Part shown: one piece after another, positions 36,421 through 48,830 of the stretch
How positions within the stretch are numbered: the first letter of the stretch is position 1
Layout of the letters: every line of letters begins with the position of its first letter
Translations under genes and position numbers: made by a program
Assembly (NCBI GenBank): GCA_036785375.1
Contig: JAWMAR010000388.1
Location: 248,001-312,000, forward strand
DNA: 64,000 nucleotides
Direction: 5' to 3'
Origin: Leucoraja ocellata
Taxonomy: Eukaryota
Notes under the pieces: model-generated
Told to the model about the DNA's origin: nothing
Databases searched by the model: none
The model's input: only the letters and a program-made list of their open reading frames with translations

Positions 36421-37898
36421 AAATCTATATAATTAAAACTCTGATCTTGACCACTTCCTGTTGCACTGCATATTGATTTAAGAAAAAACGCTACAACTTA
36501 CGACTGTGATTTTTGGCCATCTTACTCAGAGTCCCCATCTGCTGTGCAGGGCCAGAGGATTTTTCCCATCGATGAAAAATAAAAGACTTATTAATGTTTA
36601 AAAATGTTGAGATTCACTCTCTTGTCCATCACACCATGAAGGTCATACCAGGGACTATAAAACCCGCAAGTGTAGAGGTGCCTCAGTTCTCTGCAAGATG
36701 GTGGGGAGAGACAGGTCACAGCTCAGTCTGAATAACACTGAACAGATGTCTATTAAACTGTGAGTGGTTTTACTGACCTGTCAGTGCCATTAATGTGGTT
36801 TGAAAATGTAGTTTGAAAATGCAGAAGTGTGTTTTGGTTTGAAGACGCTAAAGCTGCTTTTGGTTTCAAAACGCTAAAGCTGCCTTTGGTTTCAAAACGC
36901 TAAAGCCGCCTTTGGTTTCAAAACGCTAAGGTTACCCAAGATTATCGAATTCAGTTCAAGTCCAGAGGACTGCCATGAGCCCAAATGGGAAATGCTAAAC
37001 CCGCCTTTGGTTTTCAAAACGCTAAAGTTGCCTTTGGTTTCAAAACACTAAACCTGCCTAAGGTTTGAACTCGCTAAAGCTGCCTAAGGTTTGAAATAGC
37101 TAAAGCCGCCTTTGGTTTGAAAACGCTAAAGCCGCCTTTGGTTTGAAAAATCTAAAGCCGCCTTTGGTTTGAAAACGGTAAAACATAGAAAATAGGTGCC
37201 GGAGGAGGCCATTCGGCCCTTTGAGCCAGCACCGCCATCCATTGTGATCATGGCTGATCGTCCTCTATCAATAACACGTATCTGCCTTCTCCCCATATCC
37301 CTTGACTCCACTAGCCCCTAGAGCTCTATCTAACTCTCTCTTAAATTGATCCAGTGACTTGGCTTCCACTGCCCTCTGTGGCAGGGAATCCATAAATTCA
37401 CAACTATCTGGGTGAAAATGTTTTTTCTCACCTCAGTCTTAAATGACCTCCCCTTTATTCTAAGAATGTGGCCCCTGGTTCTGGACTCGACCAACATTTT
37501 TCCTGCATCTAGCTTGTCCAGCTTGTCCAGTCATATTATAATTTTATATGTTTCTATAAGATCCTAAGGTCCCATTTGCTTTCCCAATACTATTCCTCGC
37601 CTTATGAAAATTTATTTCAGTTCCTTTACCCCCTTACAGTACATCTGGGAGATTGTTTGTGTCTTCCTTAGTGAAGACAGATCCGAAGTACCTATTCAAC
37701 TCTTCTGCCATTTCCTTGTTGCCCATAAAAATTTCACCCGTGTCTGCCTTTAAGGGACCCACATTTGACTTTGCTACGCGTTTTCCCTTATTATATCTAA
37801 AGAAGCTTTTACTGTCCACCTTTATATTGCTGGACAGCTTCCCTTCGTACTATATCTTTTCAGCATATTTTTGCCTGTTTTGTTTCCTTCTATTGTAC

Positions 37899-38127
37899 TG
37901 TTGAGTATGTGATAGAAGTGGTGTTATCTGCCTACAAGTTAAAGGGGGAAGAGTGTTAGGTATGTGATAATTAGCATATGTAATTAGCATATATAATGAG
38001 TGTCTTGTCATATGTTATGCAAGTACGCATGTGCGGGAGACTCAAGGTGGCCTCCTGTAGTAAAGAAGCTTGTATAATTACTCCCGTGTCCGAGCCTTTA
38101 TTCAAGTGTGCTAAGCATCCCGAATAC
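37899..38127 (+). mobile_element. Possible solo LTR
   Basis: TGT...ACA ends, ~230 bp, TATA-like and AGTAAA motifs; no TSD seen. Confidence 0.3.
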
Positions 38128-38500
38128 ACCTCCTACCAAGGCTCCTCCTTTCAACATCTCCACTGACCTCCTTGCCCCTCCTCCACACTGCTTCCTCTCC
38201 CAGTTTGACCTGGTCACCCCTACTGAAATCTCCAAACTCATCAGCTCTTCCAAACCCACTACCTGCTCCCTCGACCCTCTCCCCACTCCCCTGCTGAAGT
38301 CCTGCCTCCCCATTCTCTGCCCCTACCTCACTAATCTCTTCAACTCCTCATTGTCCCAAGGAATTGTCCCCTCCGCTTTCAAAACTTCTGCTGTCACACC
38401 AATCTTAAAGAAACCTGGTCTTGATCCCTCCTCTCTCATTAACTACTGCCCAATCTCAAACCTCCCCTTTCTTTCAAAAACCCTGGAGTGTATCGTTGCT
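38128..38500 (+). mobile_element. L2-clade LINE RT fragment
   Basis: KPTTCSLDPLPTPLLK...NSSLSQGIVPSAFK..VTPILKKPGLDP...PISNLPFLSKTLE. Confidence 0.88.
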
Positions 38501-41500
38501 TCCGGCTACTCTTTGCTGTGTTATACATCTTTTCTTTTAGTTTTATTCTATCCCTGACTTCTCTTGTCAGCCACGGTTGCCTCCTACTCCCCTTAGAATC
38601 TTTCTACCTTTTTAGAATAAAATGATCCTGCGTCTTCCGGATTATGCCCAGAAATTCCTGCCATTGCTGTTCCACCTTCATTCCTGCTATGATCCCTTTC
38701 CAGTCTACATTGGCCAGCTCCCCTCTCATGCCTTCATAGTCCCCTTTGTTCAACTGCATCACTGCCACTTCCGATTTAACGTTCTCCTTCTCAAATAAAG
38801 CCGCCTTTGGTTTGAAAACGCTTAATCCGCCTTTGGTTTGAAAACGCTAAAACATAGAAAATAGGTGCCGGAGGAGTTCATTCGGCCCTTCGAACCAGCA
38901 CTGCCATTCATTGTGATCATGGCTGATCGCCCCCTATCAATAACCCTATCAAGTACCTGCCTTCTCCCCATATCCCTTGACTCCACTAGCCCCTAGAGCT
39001 CTATCTAACTCTCTCTTAAATTGATCCAGTGACTTGGCGTCCACTGCCCACTTTGGCAGGGAATTCCATAAATTCACAACTATCTGGATGAACATTTTCC
39101 TGCATCTAGCTTGTCCAGTCATATTATAATTTTATATGTTTCTATAAGATCCTAAGGTCCCATTCGCCTACCCAATACTATTCCTCGCCTTATGAAAATT
39201 TCTTTCAGTTCCTTTACCCCCTTACAGTACATCTGGGAGATTGTTTGTGTCTTCCTTAGTGAAGACAGATCCGAAGTACCTATTCAACTCTTCTGCCATT
39301 TCCTTGTTGCCCATAATAATTTCACCTGTGTCTGCCTTCAAGGGACCCACATTTGACTTTGCTATGCTTTTTCCCTTAATATATCTAAAGTAGCTTTTAC
39401 TATCCATCTTTATATTCCTGGACAGCTTCCCTTCGTACTTCATCTTTTCAGCCCTTATTGCCCGTTTTGTTTCCTCCTATTGTCCTCTGAAAGTTTCCCA
39501 ATCCTCTGGCTTCTGGCTACTCTTTGCTGTGTTATACATCTTTTCTTTTAGTTTTATTCTATCCCTGACTTCTCTTGTCAGCCACAGTTGCCTCCTACTC
39601 CCCTTAGAATCTTTCTTCCTTTTTAGAATGAAATGATCCTGCGTTTTCCGGATTATGCCCAGAAATTCCTGCCATTGTTGTTCCACCTTCATTCCTGCTA
39701 GGATCCCTTTCCAGTCTACATTGGCCAGCTCCCCTCTCATGCCTTCATAGTCCCCTTTGTTCAACTGCATCACTGCCACTTCCGATTTAACGTTCTCCTT
39801 CTCAAATAAATCCGTCTTTGTTTTCAAAACGCTAAAGCTGCCTTTGGTTTCAAAAAGCTAAAGCCACCTTTGGTTTGAAAACGCTAAAGCTGCGCTTGGT
39901 TTGAAAACGCTAAAGCTGCCTTTGGTTTCAAAACACTAAAGCTGACTAAGGTTTAAAAACACTATAACTGAATAAGGTTTGAAAACGCTAAAGCTGCCTA
40001 AGGTTTGAAAAAGCTAAAGCTGCCTTTGGTTTCAAGACGCTAAAGCCGTGTTTGGTTTGAAAACGCTAAAACATATAAAATAGGTGCCGGAGGAGGCCAT
40101 TCGGCCTTTCGAGCCAGCATCGCAATTCATTGTGATCATGGCTGATCGTCCCCTATCAATAACCCGTATCTGCCTTCTCCCCATATCCCCTGAATCCACT
40201 AGCCCCTAGAGCTATACCTAACTCTTTCTTAAATCCATCCAGTGACTTGGCTTCCACTGCCCTCTGTGGCAGGGAATTCCATAAATTCACAACTCTCTGG
40301 GTGAAAATGTTGTTTCTCACCTCAGTCTTAAATGACCTCCCCTTTTTTCTAAGACTGTGGCCCCTGGTTCTGGACTCGCCCAATATTGGGAACATTTTTC
40401 CTGCATCTCGCTTGTCCACTCATATTATAATTGTATATGTTTCTATAAGATCCTAAGGTCCCATTCGCCTACCCAATACTATTCCTCGCCTTATGAAAAT
40501 TTATTTCAGTTCCTTTATCCCCTTACAGTACATCTGGGAGATTCTTTGTGTCTTCCTTAGTGAAGACAGATCCGAAGTACCTATTCAACTCTTCTGCCAT
40601 TTCCTTGTTGCCCATAATAATTTCACCCGTGTCTGCCTTCAAGGGACCCACATTTGACTTTGCTACGCTTTTTCCCTTAATATATCTAAAGAAGCTTTTA
40701 CTATCCATCTTTATATTCCTGGACAGCTTCCCTTCGTACTTCATCTTTTCAGCCCTTATTGCCCGTTTTGTTTCCTTCTATTGCCCTCTAAAAGTTTCCC
40801 AATCCTCTGGCTTCTGGCTACTCTTTGCTGTGTTATACATCTTTTCTTTTAGTTTTATTCTATCCCTGACTTCTCTTGTCAGCCACGGTTGCCTCCTACT
40901 CCCCTTAGAATCTTTCTTCCTTTTTAGAATGAAATGATCCTGCGTTTTCCGGACTATGCCGAGAAATTCCTGCCATTGCCGTTCCACCTTCATACCTGCT
41001 ATGATCCCTTTCCAGTCTACATTGGCCAGCTCCCCTCTCATGCCTTCATAGTCCCCTTTGTTCAACTGCATCACTGCCACTTCCGATTTAACGTTCTCCT
41101 TCTCAAATAAATCCGTCTTTGTTTTCAAAACGCTAAAGCTGCCTTTGGTTTCAAAAAGCTAAAGCCACCTTTGGTTTGAAAACGCTAAAGCTGCGCTTGG
41201 TTTGAAAACGCTAAAGCTGCCTTTGGTTTCAAAACACTAAAGCTGACTAAGGTTTAAAAACACTATAACTGAATAAGGTTTGAAAACGCTAAAGCTGCCT
41301 AAGGTTTGAAAAAGCTAAAGCTGCCTTTGGTTTCAAGACGCTAAAGCCGTGTTTGGTTTGAAAACGCTAAAACATATAAAATAGGTGCCGGAGGAGGCCA
41401 TTCAGCCTTTCGAGCCAGCATCGCAATTCATTGTGATCATGGCTGATCGTCCCCTATCAATAACCCGTATCTGCCTTCTCCCCATATCCCCTGAATCCAC

Positions 41501-42510
41501 TAGCCCCTAGAGCTATACCTAACTCTTTCTTAAATCCATCCAGTGACTTGGCTTCCACTGCCCTCTGTGGCAGGGAATTCCATAAATTCACAACTCTCTG
41601 GGTGAAAATGTTGTTTCTCACCTCAGTCTTAAATGACCTCCCCTTTTTTCTAAGACTCTCTCATGCCTTCATAGTCCCCTTTGTTCAACTGCATCACTGC
41701 CACTTCCGATTTAACGTTCTCCTTCTCAAATAAATCCGTCTTTGGTTTCAAAACGCTAAAGCTGCCTTTGGTTTCAAAAACCTAAAGCTGCCTTTGGTTT
41801 CAAAACGCTAAAGCTGCCGGCTATTGAACCCAACCCCGTCAAAAGCGAGATGGATAGAAAAAGCCGCTGTAACTCAGTGGGTCGGGCAGCATCTCTGGAG
41901 TCTGAAGAAGGGCGTTGTCCTGAAATGTCACCCATTCCTTCTTTCCAGGGGCGCCGCCCCACCCGCTGAGTTACTCTAGCTTTTTGTATCTATCATTGGT
42001 TTAAAACACCATCTCCAGTTCCTACCCACACACGTTTCAAGCAAATCGAATGCTCCCATCAAACAGACAGAATCAGGTCAATGATTATGGTCAAGAGATG
42101 GACAGACCCCTCCATGGACCCACGCTGCTGACTGACCTTCACTTCACAAACTCAAAGCTCAGAGCCATGGTGACACTGGTGCAAAGATTAGTCAACCTAG
42201 GGTACAGGATCAGAGGGCTGTTCTGTGGATGTATCTGGGGTAGAGTGTGGGCAGGCTATCTTGTAGTCTGTGGATCGAACGGCCGAATGGCCTACTCCTG
42301 CAACATTTGTCTATGTTTATTTCTGTTTCCAGTGGGTTTATCTGGGGTACTACAAGTGGGTTGGCCTGTGGTGGGTTTACCTGGGGTACAATAAATGGGT
42401 TATCATTTTTTAAGTTTAGTTTAAAGACACAGCACTGAAACAGGCCCTTCGGCCCACCTAGTCAGCACCGGCCAACGATTCCCACCCACTAACACTACCC
42501 TACACAGACT

Positions 42511-43900
42511 AGAGTCATAGAGTGATACAATTTGGAAACAGGCCTTTCGGCCCAACTTGCCCACACCGGCCAACAATGTTCCAGCTACACTAGTCCCACT
42601 TGACTGCACTTAGTCCATATTCCTCCAAACCTGTCCTATCCATGTACCTATCTAATTGTTTTTTAAAACGATGGGATAGTCTCAGCCTCAACTATCTCCT
42701 ATGGCAACTTGTTCCATACACCCACCACCTTATGTGTGAAAACGTTACCCTTTGGATTCCTATTAAATCTTTTCCCCTTCACCTTGAACATATGTCTCTG
42801 GTCCTCGATTTCCCTACTCTGGGCAAGAAACTTTGCATCTACCCGATCTATTCCTCTCATGATTTTGTATACCTTTATAAGATCTCCCCTCATCCTGCTG
42901 CGCTCCATGGAATAGAGACCCAGCCTACTCAACCTCTCCCCATAGCTCACACCCTCTAATCCTGGCAACATTCTCGTAAATCTTATACAACTGCAACATG
43001 ACCTCCCAGTTTCCACAATCAAATCTCTGACTGATGAAGGCCAATGTGCCAAATCCTTTTTGACCACCTTATCTACGTGTGACTTGATCCTCAAGGAACC
43101 ATGAACCTATACTCCTAGATCCCTCTGCTCTACAACACTACCCAGAGGCCTACCATTTACTGTGTAGGTCCTGCCCTTGTTCAATGTCCTAAAATGCAAC
43201 AACTCACACATCTCTGTATTAAATCTTAAACCTAATCGAACTATGGTCACTGGACCCAAAAGGCTCCTCCACACACACTTCATTAACTTGCCTTCCCAAT
43301 TTCCAAATACTAGATCTAGTGTTGCCCTCTCACGTGTGGGGGCCTCCACATACTGTTTAAGAAAACTCTCCTCAACACGTTTGAGGAATTGCACCCCATT
43401 TAAATCCTTCACGCTATGATTTCCCCAGTCTATATTGAGAAGTTAAAATCCCCTACTCCAACAACCTTATTTGACCAGCAGCTGTCTGCAATCTCCTGGC
43501 ACATTTGTTCTTCTAATTCCCATTGACTATTCGGGTGTCTGTAGTACACCCCTAACAAGGCGATCATCCCTTTCTTGTTCCTCAGCTCCACCCATATAGC
43601 CTCACTAATCGAACCGTCCGTAATGTCACCTCTGAACACTGCCGTGACATCCTCCTTACCCAACAATGCAACCCCCCTCCTCTTTTTCCCTCACCCCTGT
43701 CTGCCCTGAAGCTCCTGTACCCCAGGAACATTGAGCTGCCAGTCCTGTCCCTCCCTTAAGCAGGTTTCAGTCATGGCTACAAGGTCCCAGTCGCTCGTAC
43801 CTATCCATGCCCTCAGCTCATCTGCCTTCCCCGTCAGGCCCCTTTACGTGCAGTTTAAACCAACCCTCCTTCCTCGATCTCTGCTTTTCACCTGCCTATT
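42511..43900 (-). mobile_element. CR1 (third subfamily), 3' end plus EN fragments
   Basis: ORFs 42699-43666: EAIWVELRNKKG...GVYYR...VGDFN, PTRERATLDLV. Confidence 0.9.
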
Positions 43901-44133
43901 CTGACCGGGGTACTTAGTGTGGATGATCAGCCATGATCACATTGCTGGCTTGAAGGGCTGAATGGCCCACTGCTGCACCTATGGTCTATTGTCTATTTAT
44001 CGGTGGTTCAGTGTGACTGGGTGTCCTGTGGGAGGGTGTGTTCAGTACAGAGGTGGGGAGGAGATGGAGGAGGCAGTGGGGATGGGTGTGACCAGGTGGA
44101 GGAAGGGAGTCTGTGGATCCCCGGAGCACGTAC

Positions 44134-44227
44134 CTGGACAGAGTAAAGACATCGATCAAGGAGATGGCCGTTGTTAACTGGTACCAGGCTGTGCCCAACC
44201 ACCAGTACACCAGGGGCAGAGCTTTTT
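44134..44227 (-). pseudogene. SUN2: SUN2-like hydrophobic pre-TM exon
   Basis: ctttcag| and |gtacgt, 94 nt: KALPLVYWWLGTAWYQLTTAISLIDVFTLSR versus recalled SUN2 LLYWWAGTTWYRLTTAASLLDVFVLTR. Confidence 0.92.
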
Positions 44228-44671
44228 CTGAAAGAGACAGCAACACAATATTAGACAACGTTGGGCCCCGATGCTTCACATCAGTGGAAGCGGAGAGTGC
44301 TCAGACTCTCCAACACGGAACGCACTGATACTGTGGAACCACGTCAGGCTGAGAGACCTTCTCCCCTGCAGGGACCACCACAGAAAGTCCACCGCAAGCT
44401 GGTGGCAGGAGAACCCAGGGGAGCTTTAGGGAACCTAAGAAAAAATAGGTTGCCGGGATATCAACGGGCAACAGCACTGATGGGGGTATTCCAGAGGCCA
44501 CGATGGGCCGAATGGCCTCCTTTTGTGTCCAGACTAAATAAACGGGAGATTGTCAATGACATTTCCACCGAGCAGGGAGTATCACATTTCAACACAGAGA
44601 GATTGCCTGGTTGTGGATGGATAGCAGCCCCCTCTGTCCCAGTCAATCTTATCCCACAACCACCATGGGCA

Positions 44672-45010
44672 AAGATAGACACAAAAAGCTGGAGTAACTC
44701 AGCTGGACAGGCAGCATCTCTGGAGAAAAGGAATAGGTGACGTTTCGGGTCGAGACCCTTCTTCAGACTGAGAGTCAGGGGAATGGGAAACAAGCAATAT
44801 AGACGGTGATGTAGAGAGACATGGAACAAATGAATGAACGATATGCAAAAAAGTAACGATGATGAAGGAAAGGGTCCATTGTTGGTTGGCTGTGGGCTCG
44901 GTGTTAACGAATGATACAGACAATGAAACTCACCAGGACGACAGTGAAACTAGTACAATGACAAAGGAGGGGGAGGGACGGAGAGAGAGGGTTACTTGAA
45001 GTTAGAGAGA
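44672..45010 (-). mobile_element. PLE 3' end / pLTR
   Basis: Similar to 55070-55405 in reverse complement. Confidence 0.8.
44736..44769 (-). ncRNA. Minimal hammerhead motif (second PLE subfamily)
   Basis: Reverse complement reads CTGAAGA-A-GGGT-CTCG-ACCC-GAAACGTC. Confidence 0.72.
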
Positions 45011-45550
45011 TCTAGATTTATTGAACATGGGCGTCTGCTGATCACAATGCTGTGTGTGAGCTTGGCCACGGTCCACCACCTTACACTACATTTCAAAAGC
45101 ATCCTCGGTGCCACACAGCTGGGGAAATCTAAAGGGGATCCTATTCTTTCATCACCCCAGTGACCCTGGAGCACAAACCAGGCCTCCCTTAGGTGTTACA
45201 ACATGTCTTCAGTTGGCCTCGAGTAACCGAGCATTGACAGTCAGTCGTCTCTTGATCCAATGGTCCTCTGGGCAACTCACCACTCATCTCAGTGAGTGAC
45301 CCAGTCAGGCTGAGGGAACACACTGGAGTACCAAGCTGGAAGGTGGCTTCCTCCTGCACTGACTGTGGTCCTTAGGCTGCACGAACAACAGAGCACTGGG
45401 GACCAGGCCTTGTGCAAACCCTGGGAGTTTAAGGAGAGAGCAGCAGGCTGTACCTCACCACTGGGTCCAGTATCAGCAGGGCACTGGTTGACTGGGGCAG
45501 AGTTTTGGGGCCATGGACCACAGAAGAGGGAAGATTAGTAATGCAGGTAC

Positions 45551-45619
45551 CTGGAGACAGCAGCGAGATCCAGCCCCACAGCTTGGCAAGGGGAGAGAAC
45601 AATTCAGAGTACGCCAAAC
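45551..45619 (-). pseudogene. Candidate SUN2-like exon (GLAYSELFSPLAKLWGWISLLSP)
   Basis: ccccccag| acceptor and G|gtacct donor; 69 nt, phase 1-1; ending loosely resembles SUN2 LWMVATSP|G. Confidence 0.45.
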
Positions 45620-46922
45620 CTGGGGGGTGGGAAAGAAGAGCAAGATGTCAACAAAGCAAACTTCTCTCTCAAGGTTTACAATGTTCAAAGGGTCATGTGG
45701 CCCAATGTTTGTGGTGCTGTTCACAAAAGCACCATGCAACTGATCGGCCCACGGCTAAACTGTTACTGTGCGGGGATCGCTGATCGGTGCCGACTCGGTG
45801 GGCCGAAGGGCCCGTTTCCACCCTGTATCTCTAAACTAAATTAAAGGAAGGATGTCAAAAGCCTAAGATAGACACAAAGTTCTGGAGTAACTCAGCGGGT
45901 CAGGCAGCATCTCTGTCTGAAAAAGGATGGGTGATGTTTCGGGTCAGGACCCTTCTGCAGACTTCAAGCCGAAGAATTGATTTAGAGAGTGTCTAGAATT
46001 ACAGTAAAGAGTAATTTGGAAAAGTTAGGAGTCCTCTCGGAACAGAGAAGGTAAAAGAGATGACCTATCAAACGTTGAAGATTGTAGCAGGGTTTTACAC
46101 GAGAAAGGATTTGCTATTGAGGGATCAATAAACAGAGGTCACAGCATCAATACTGACAGGATCCAGAATATTCTCTCCAAAACGCTGCAGGAAGTGGATT
46201 CATTCATGATTTTAAGTGGATGGATACACAGGGAGTTGCTGCTGATACAACCTGGAGATTGCAATGGAACGATGCTCCTTAGCAGAAGCTGCATCACTTT
46301 CCACACCTTGCTGAACAGGCGCTATGCAGGGGGAGTTTGTGTCGTCAAATGGCAGGTGTGAGTGTGTGTGTGTGAGTGAGTGAGTGAGTGAGTGAATGGC
46401 GATTAGCTGCCCCAAATAACAGCTCAGTCCTCCTGATGTAACCCAGCATCTGGGAAATCTACAATCCTGTACAACACGTTCAGCTCCTGCCCAGTGTCAG
46501 TCCACGGCCCACTCACCCACCCACAGCCCACCTCAGTAACAGCCCCTCACCTGCCCCAGTAACGGGACCCTCACACCCCACCCGCTTCATTTACCCTCTC
46601 AACCGTCAGCCCGCTTACATGTCCCTCACCCCCTTCCCAGTAACAGCACATACACCCACCCCATGTCCCGACACCCACGTCTTGTAATAGCCCACTCAAC
46701 CTCACCCTGCCCCAGCAATGGGGTGTTCACCCCCACCCCCCAACATCCTCCACTCACCCCTCTCCTGTCCGCCTCCCAGCACCCGGCGGGATAGGCAAAG
46801 TCTCACAGCAGCTGTGCGATGATCGCTGGTCAGCGCGGACTCGTTGGGCCAAAGGGCTCGTTTCCAACTAAAACTGAGATACTGTTGCACGAGTCTCCGG
46901 GACACGTACCCCGGACACGTAC

Positions 46923-47108
46923 CGACGGGCTCCTGCCAGCCGCTGCTGCTGCTGAGGTGCAGAGAGCTGAGAGCGCTTGGAGGAGTTGCTGACGTTGCTG
47001 ATGTTGCTGATGTAGCTACTCAGACTGTTGACTGAACTGTTGGACGGTGAACGTTTGACACCAGGCACAGGTCCCGGCCTCTTGCTGTTTGACCTTTTCT
47101 TGTGCAAC
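46923..47108 (-). pseudogene. SUN2: SUN2-like second coding exon (acceptor AG>GG)
   Basis: Phase-2 start fits the previous exon: RLHKKRSNSKRPGPVPGVKRSPSNSS..., similar to SUN2 RTLKRKSSNMKRLSPAP. Acceptor reads tttcgg; donor gtacgt. Confidence 0.7.
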
Positions 47109-47875
47109 CCGAAACGATAAAGGGCAATGATTTAGGACGGAGGCAGACCAGGACTGCGAAAGAGAAGCAAAAAAGTAACGATGATAAAGGAAACTGGCCA
47201 TTGTTAGCCATTTGCTAAATGAGAATGAGAAGCTGGTGCGACTTGGGTAGGGGAGGGATGGAGAGAGTCGCTTGTCAGAGCTAGGAAAGGGGGGGGGGGG
47301 GGAGAAGATTGGTTCTCACGGGGAAAGAATATCATGATTCTCTCTCTCTCTCTCTCCCCCTCCTCAAGGAACTGCAGATGCTGGTTTATAAAAAAGTCAC
47401 AAAGTGCTGGAGTAACTCAGCGGGTCAGGCAGCGCCTGTTCACGTTCCCTCCAACATCCCTCATGAGCCCATCAAACGAATGGCTTGATCAACAACTTAT
47501 TGGCACGGCAACCCTGCCCTTGGCCTATGGAAGTTATACCCCACATCCAATCATCCTCCACCTGAGATTCCAAGCAGGAAAGAAGAGGCTGTTGGAACTT
47601 TCCTTGAGGTTTTGTCCTGTAGGGAAAGGTTCAGTTGGGGTTAGGGGGAGGGAGGAATGGGAGGGAGGGAGGGGGGCGATTGGGAGGGGAGGCCGTGCTG
47701 CGGGAGGAGAGGGAAGGGGGGGTGGGCGGAGGGTTGGAGTTGTGATACACAGCTCCCTGAGTGAGGAACGAGGGTGGAGGCTGCATCTTTACTGTTAGAA
47801 AGGAGCATAGCTTAGGGAGGAAAGAACGAGAGGGAGAGGGGGGGAACGAGACAAGAGAGAGTTAGAGAGACACAC

Positions 47876-47986
47876 CTGACGGGAGTCTCCATGTAAGAGG
47901 GAGCGCCGGATTTGGTGGAGCTACCGCTGCTGCTGGAGGCGTCGTCGTTGTGCTGGTTGTAGCCGTTGGTGGCCAGACGGGGACTG
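47876..47986 (-). pseudogene. SUN2: SUN2-like first coding exon, 5' end truncated by CR1
   Basis: SPRLATNGYNQHNDDASSSSGSSTKSGAPSYMETPVR|gtgtgt, compared with recalled SUN2 MSRRSQRL...DDDGSSSSGGSS...KDSPLR. MSRR is missing at the CR1 junction (~47986). Confidence 0.85.
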
Positions 47987-48830
47987 AGGAGGATGCTATG
48001 AGAATGCAGGGTGACTTGGACAAGTTGGGTGTGTGGGCAGATGCATAGCAGATGCAGTTTAATGTGAGGTTATCCACTTTGGTCACAAAAACAGGAAGGT
48101 AGATTATCTAAATGGAGTCAAGTTGCGAAAAGGGGAAGTACAACGGGATTTGGGGTCCTTGTTCATCAGTCAATGAAAGTAACCATGCAGATAAAGCAGG
48201 CAGTGATGAAAGCAAATGGCATGTTGACCTTCATAACAAGAGGAGTTGAGTATTGGAGTAAAGTTGTTTTGCAGTTGTACCGGGCCCTAGTGAGACCATA
48301 CCTGGAGTATTGTGTGGAGTTTTGATCTATAAATTTGAGGAAGGACATTCTTGCTATTGAGGGAGTGCAACGTAGGTTCACAAGGTTAATTCCCGGGATG
48401 GCGTATATGCTGAGAGAATGGAGCGGCTGGGCTTGTACACTCTGGAATTTAGAACTATGTAAGCGGATCTTATTGAAACATATAAGATTATTAAGGGTTT
48501 GGACACGCTAGAGGCAGGAAACATGTTCAAGATGTTCGTTGAGTCCAGAACCAGGGGCCTCAGTTTAAGAATAAAGGGTAAGCCATTTAGAACGAAGATG
48601 AGGACACACTTTTTCCACACAGAGTCTGTGGAAATCTCTGTCTCACAGGGCGGCAGAGGCCGGTTCACTGGATACTTTCAAGAGAGAGCTAGATAGTGCT
48701 CTTGAAGATAGAGGAGTTAGGGAATATGGGGAGAAGGCAGGAACTGGGTACTGATTGTGGAAGATCAGCCATGATCACATTGAATGGCGGTGCTGGCTTG
48801 AAGGGCCGAATAGCCTACTCCTGCACCTAT
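47986..48830 (+). mobile_element. CR1 3' part abutting the SUN2-like first coding exon
   Basis: EEDAMRMQGDLD... through to the 3' UTR stem gaagggccgaatagcctactcctgcacctat. Confidence 0.9.

Larger units (their letters stand above)
36830..41820. repeat. Composite tandem array: 26-bp minisatellite blocks alternating with similarly deleted CR1 (-) fragments, period ~1.2-1.3 kb
   Basis: Unit aaacgctaaagctgcctttggtttca; CR1 tails start at ~37180, 38849, 40068 and 41369; near-identical ORFs 39477-39827 and 40778-41128. Confidence 0.9.
31839..47986 (-). pseudogene. SUN2: SUN2-like (SUN-domain inner nuclear membrane protein) unprocessed pseudogene, fragmented by transposons
   Basis: Collinear - strand exons resembling the SUN2 N-terminus, pre-TM segment, coiled coil and SUN-domain C-terminus. 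Lesions: premature stop, mutated acceptor, start codon lost at a CR1 junction, several exons not found. Confidence 0.85.

Noticed and set aside
36830-41820. CRISPR-like repeat-spacer pattern
   Set aside because: The 26-mers are head-to-tail without unique spacers, the intervening DNA is repeated CR1, and the context is vertebrate.
44326-46321. Further SUN exon candidates (44326-44434, ~45330-45420, 46252-46321)
   Set aside because: Acceptors look good, but donors and phases are ambiguous and there is no clear protein similarity; not listed as features.
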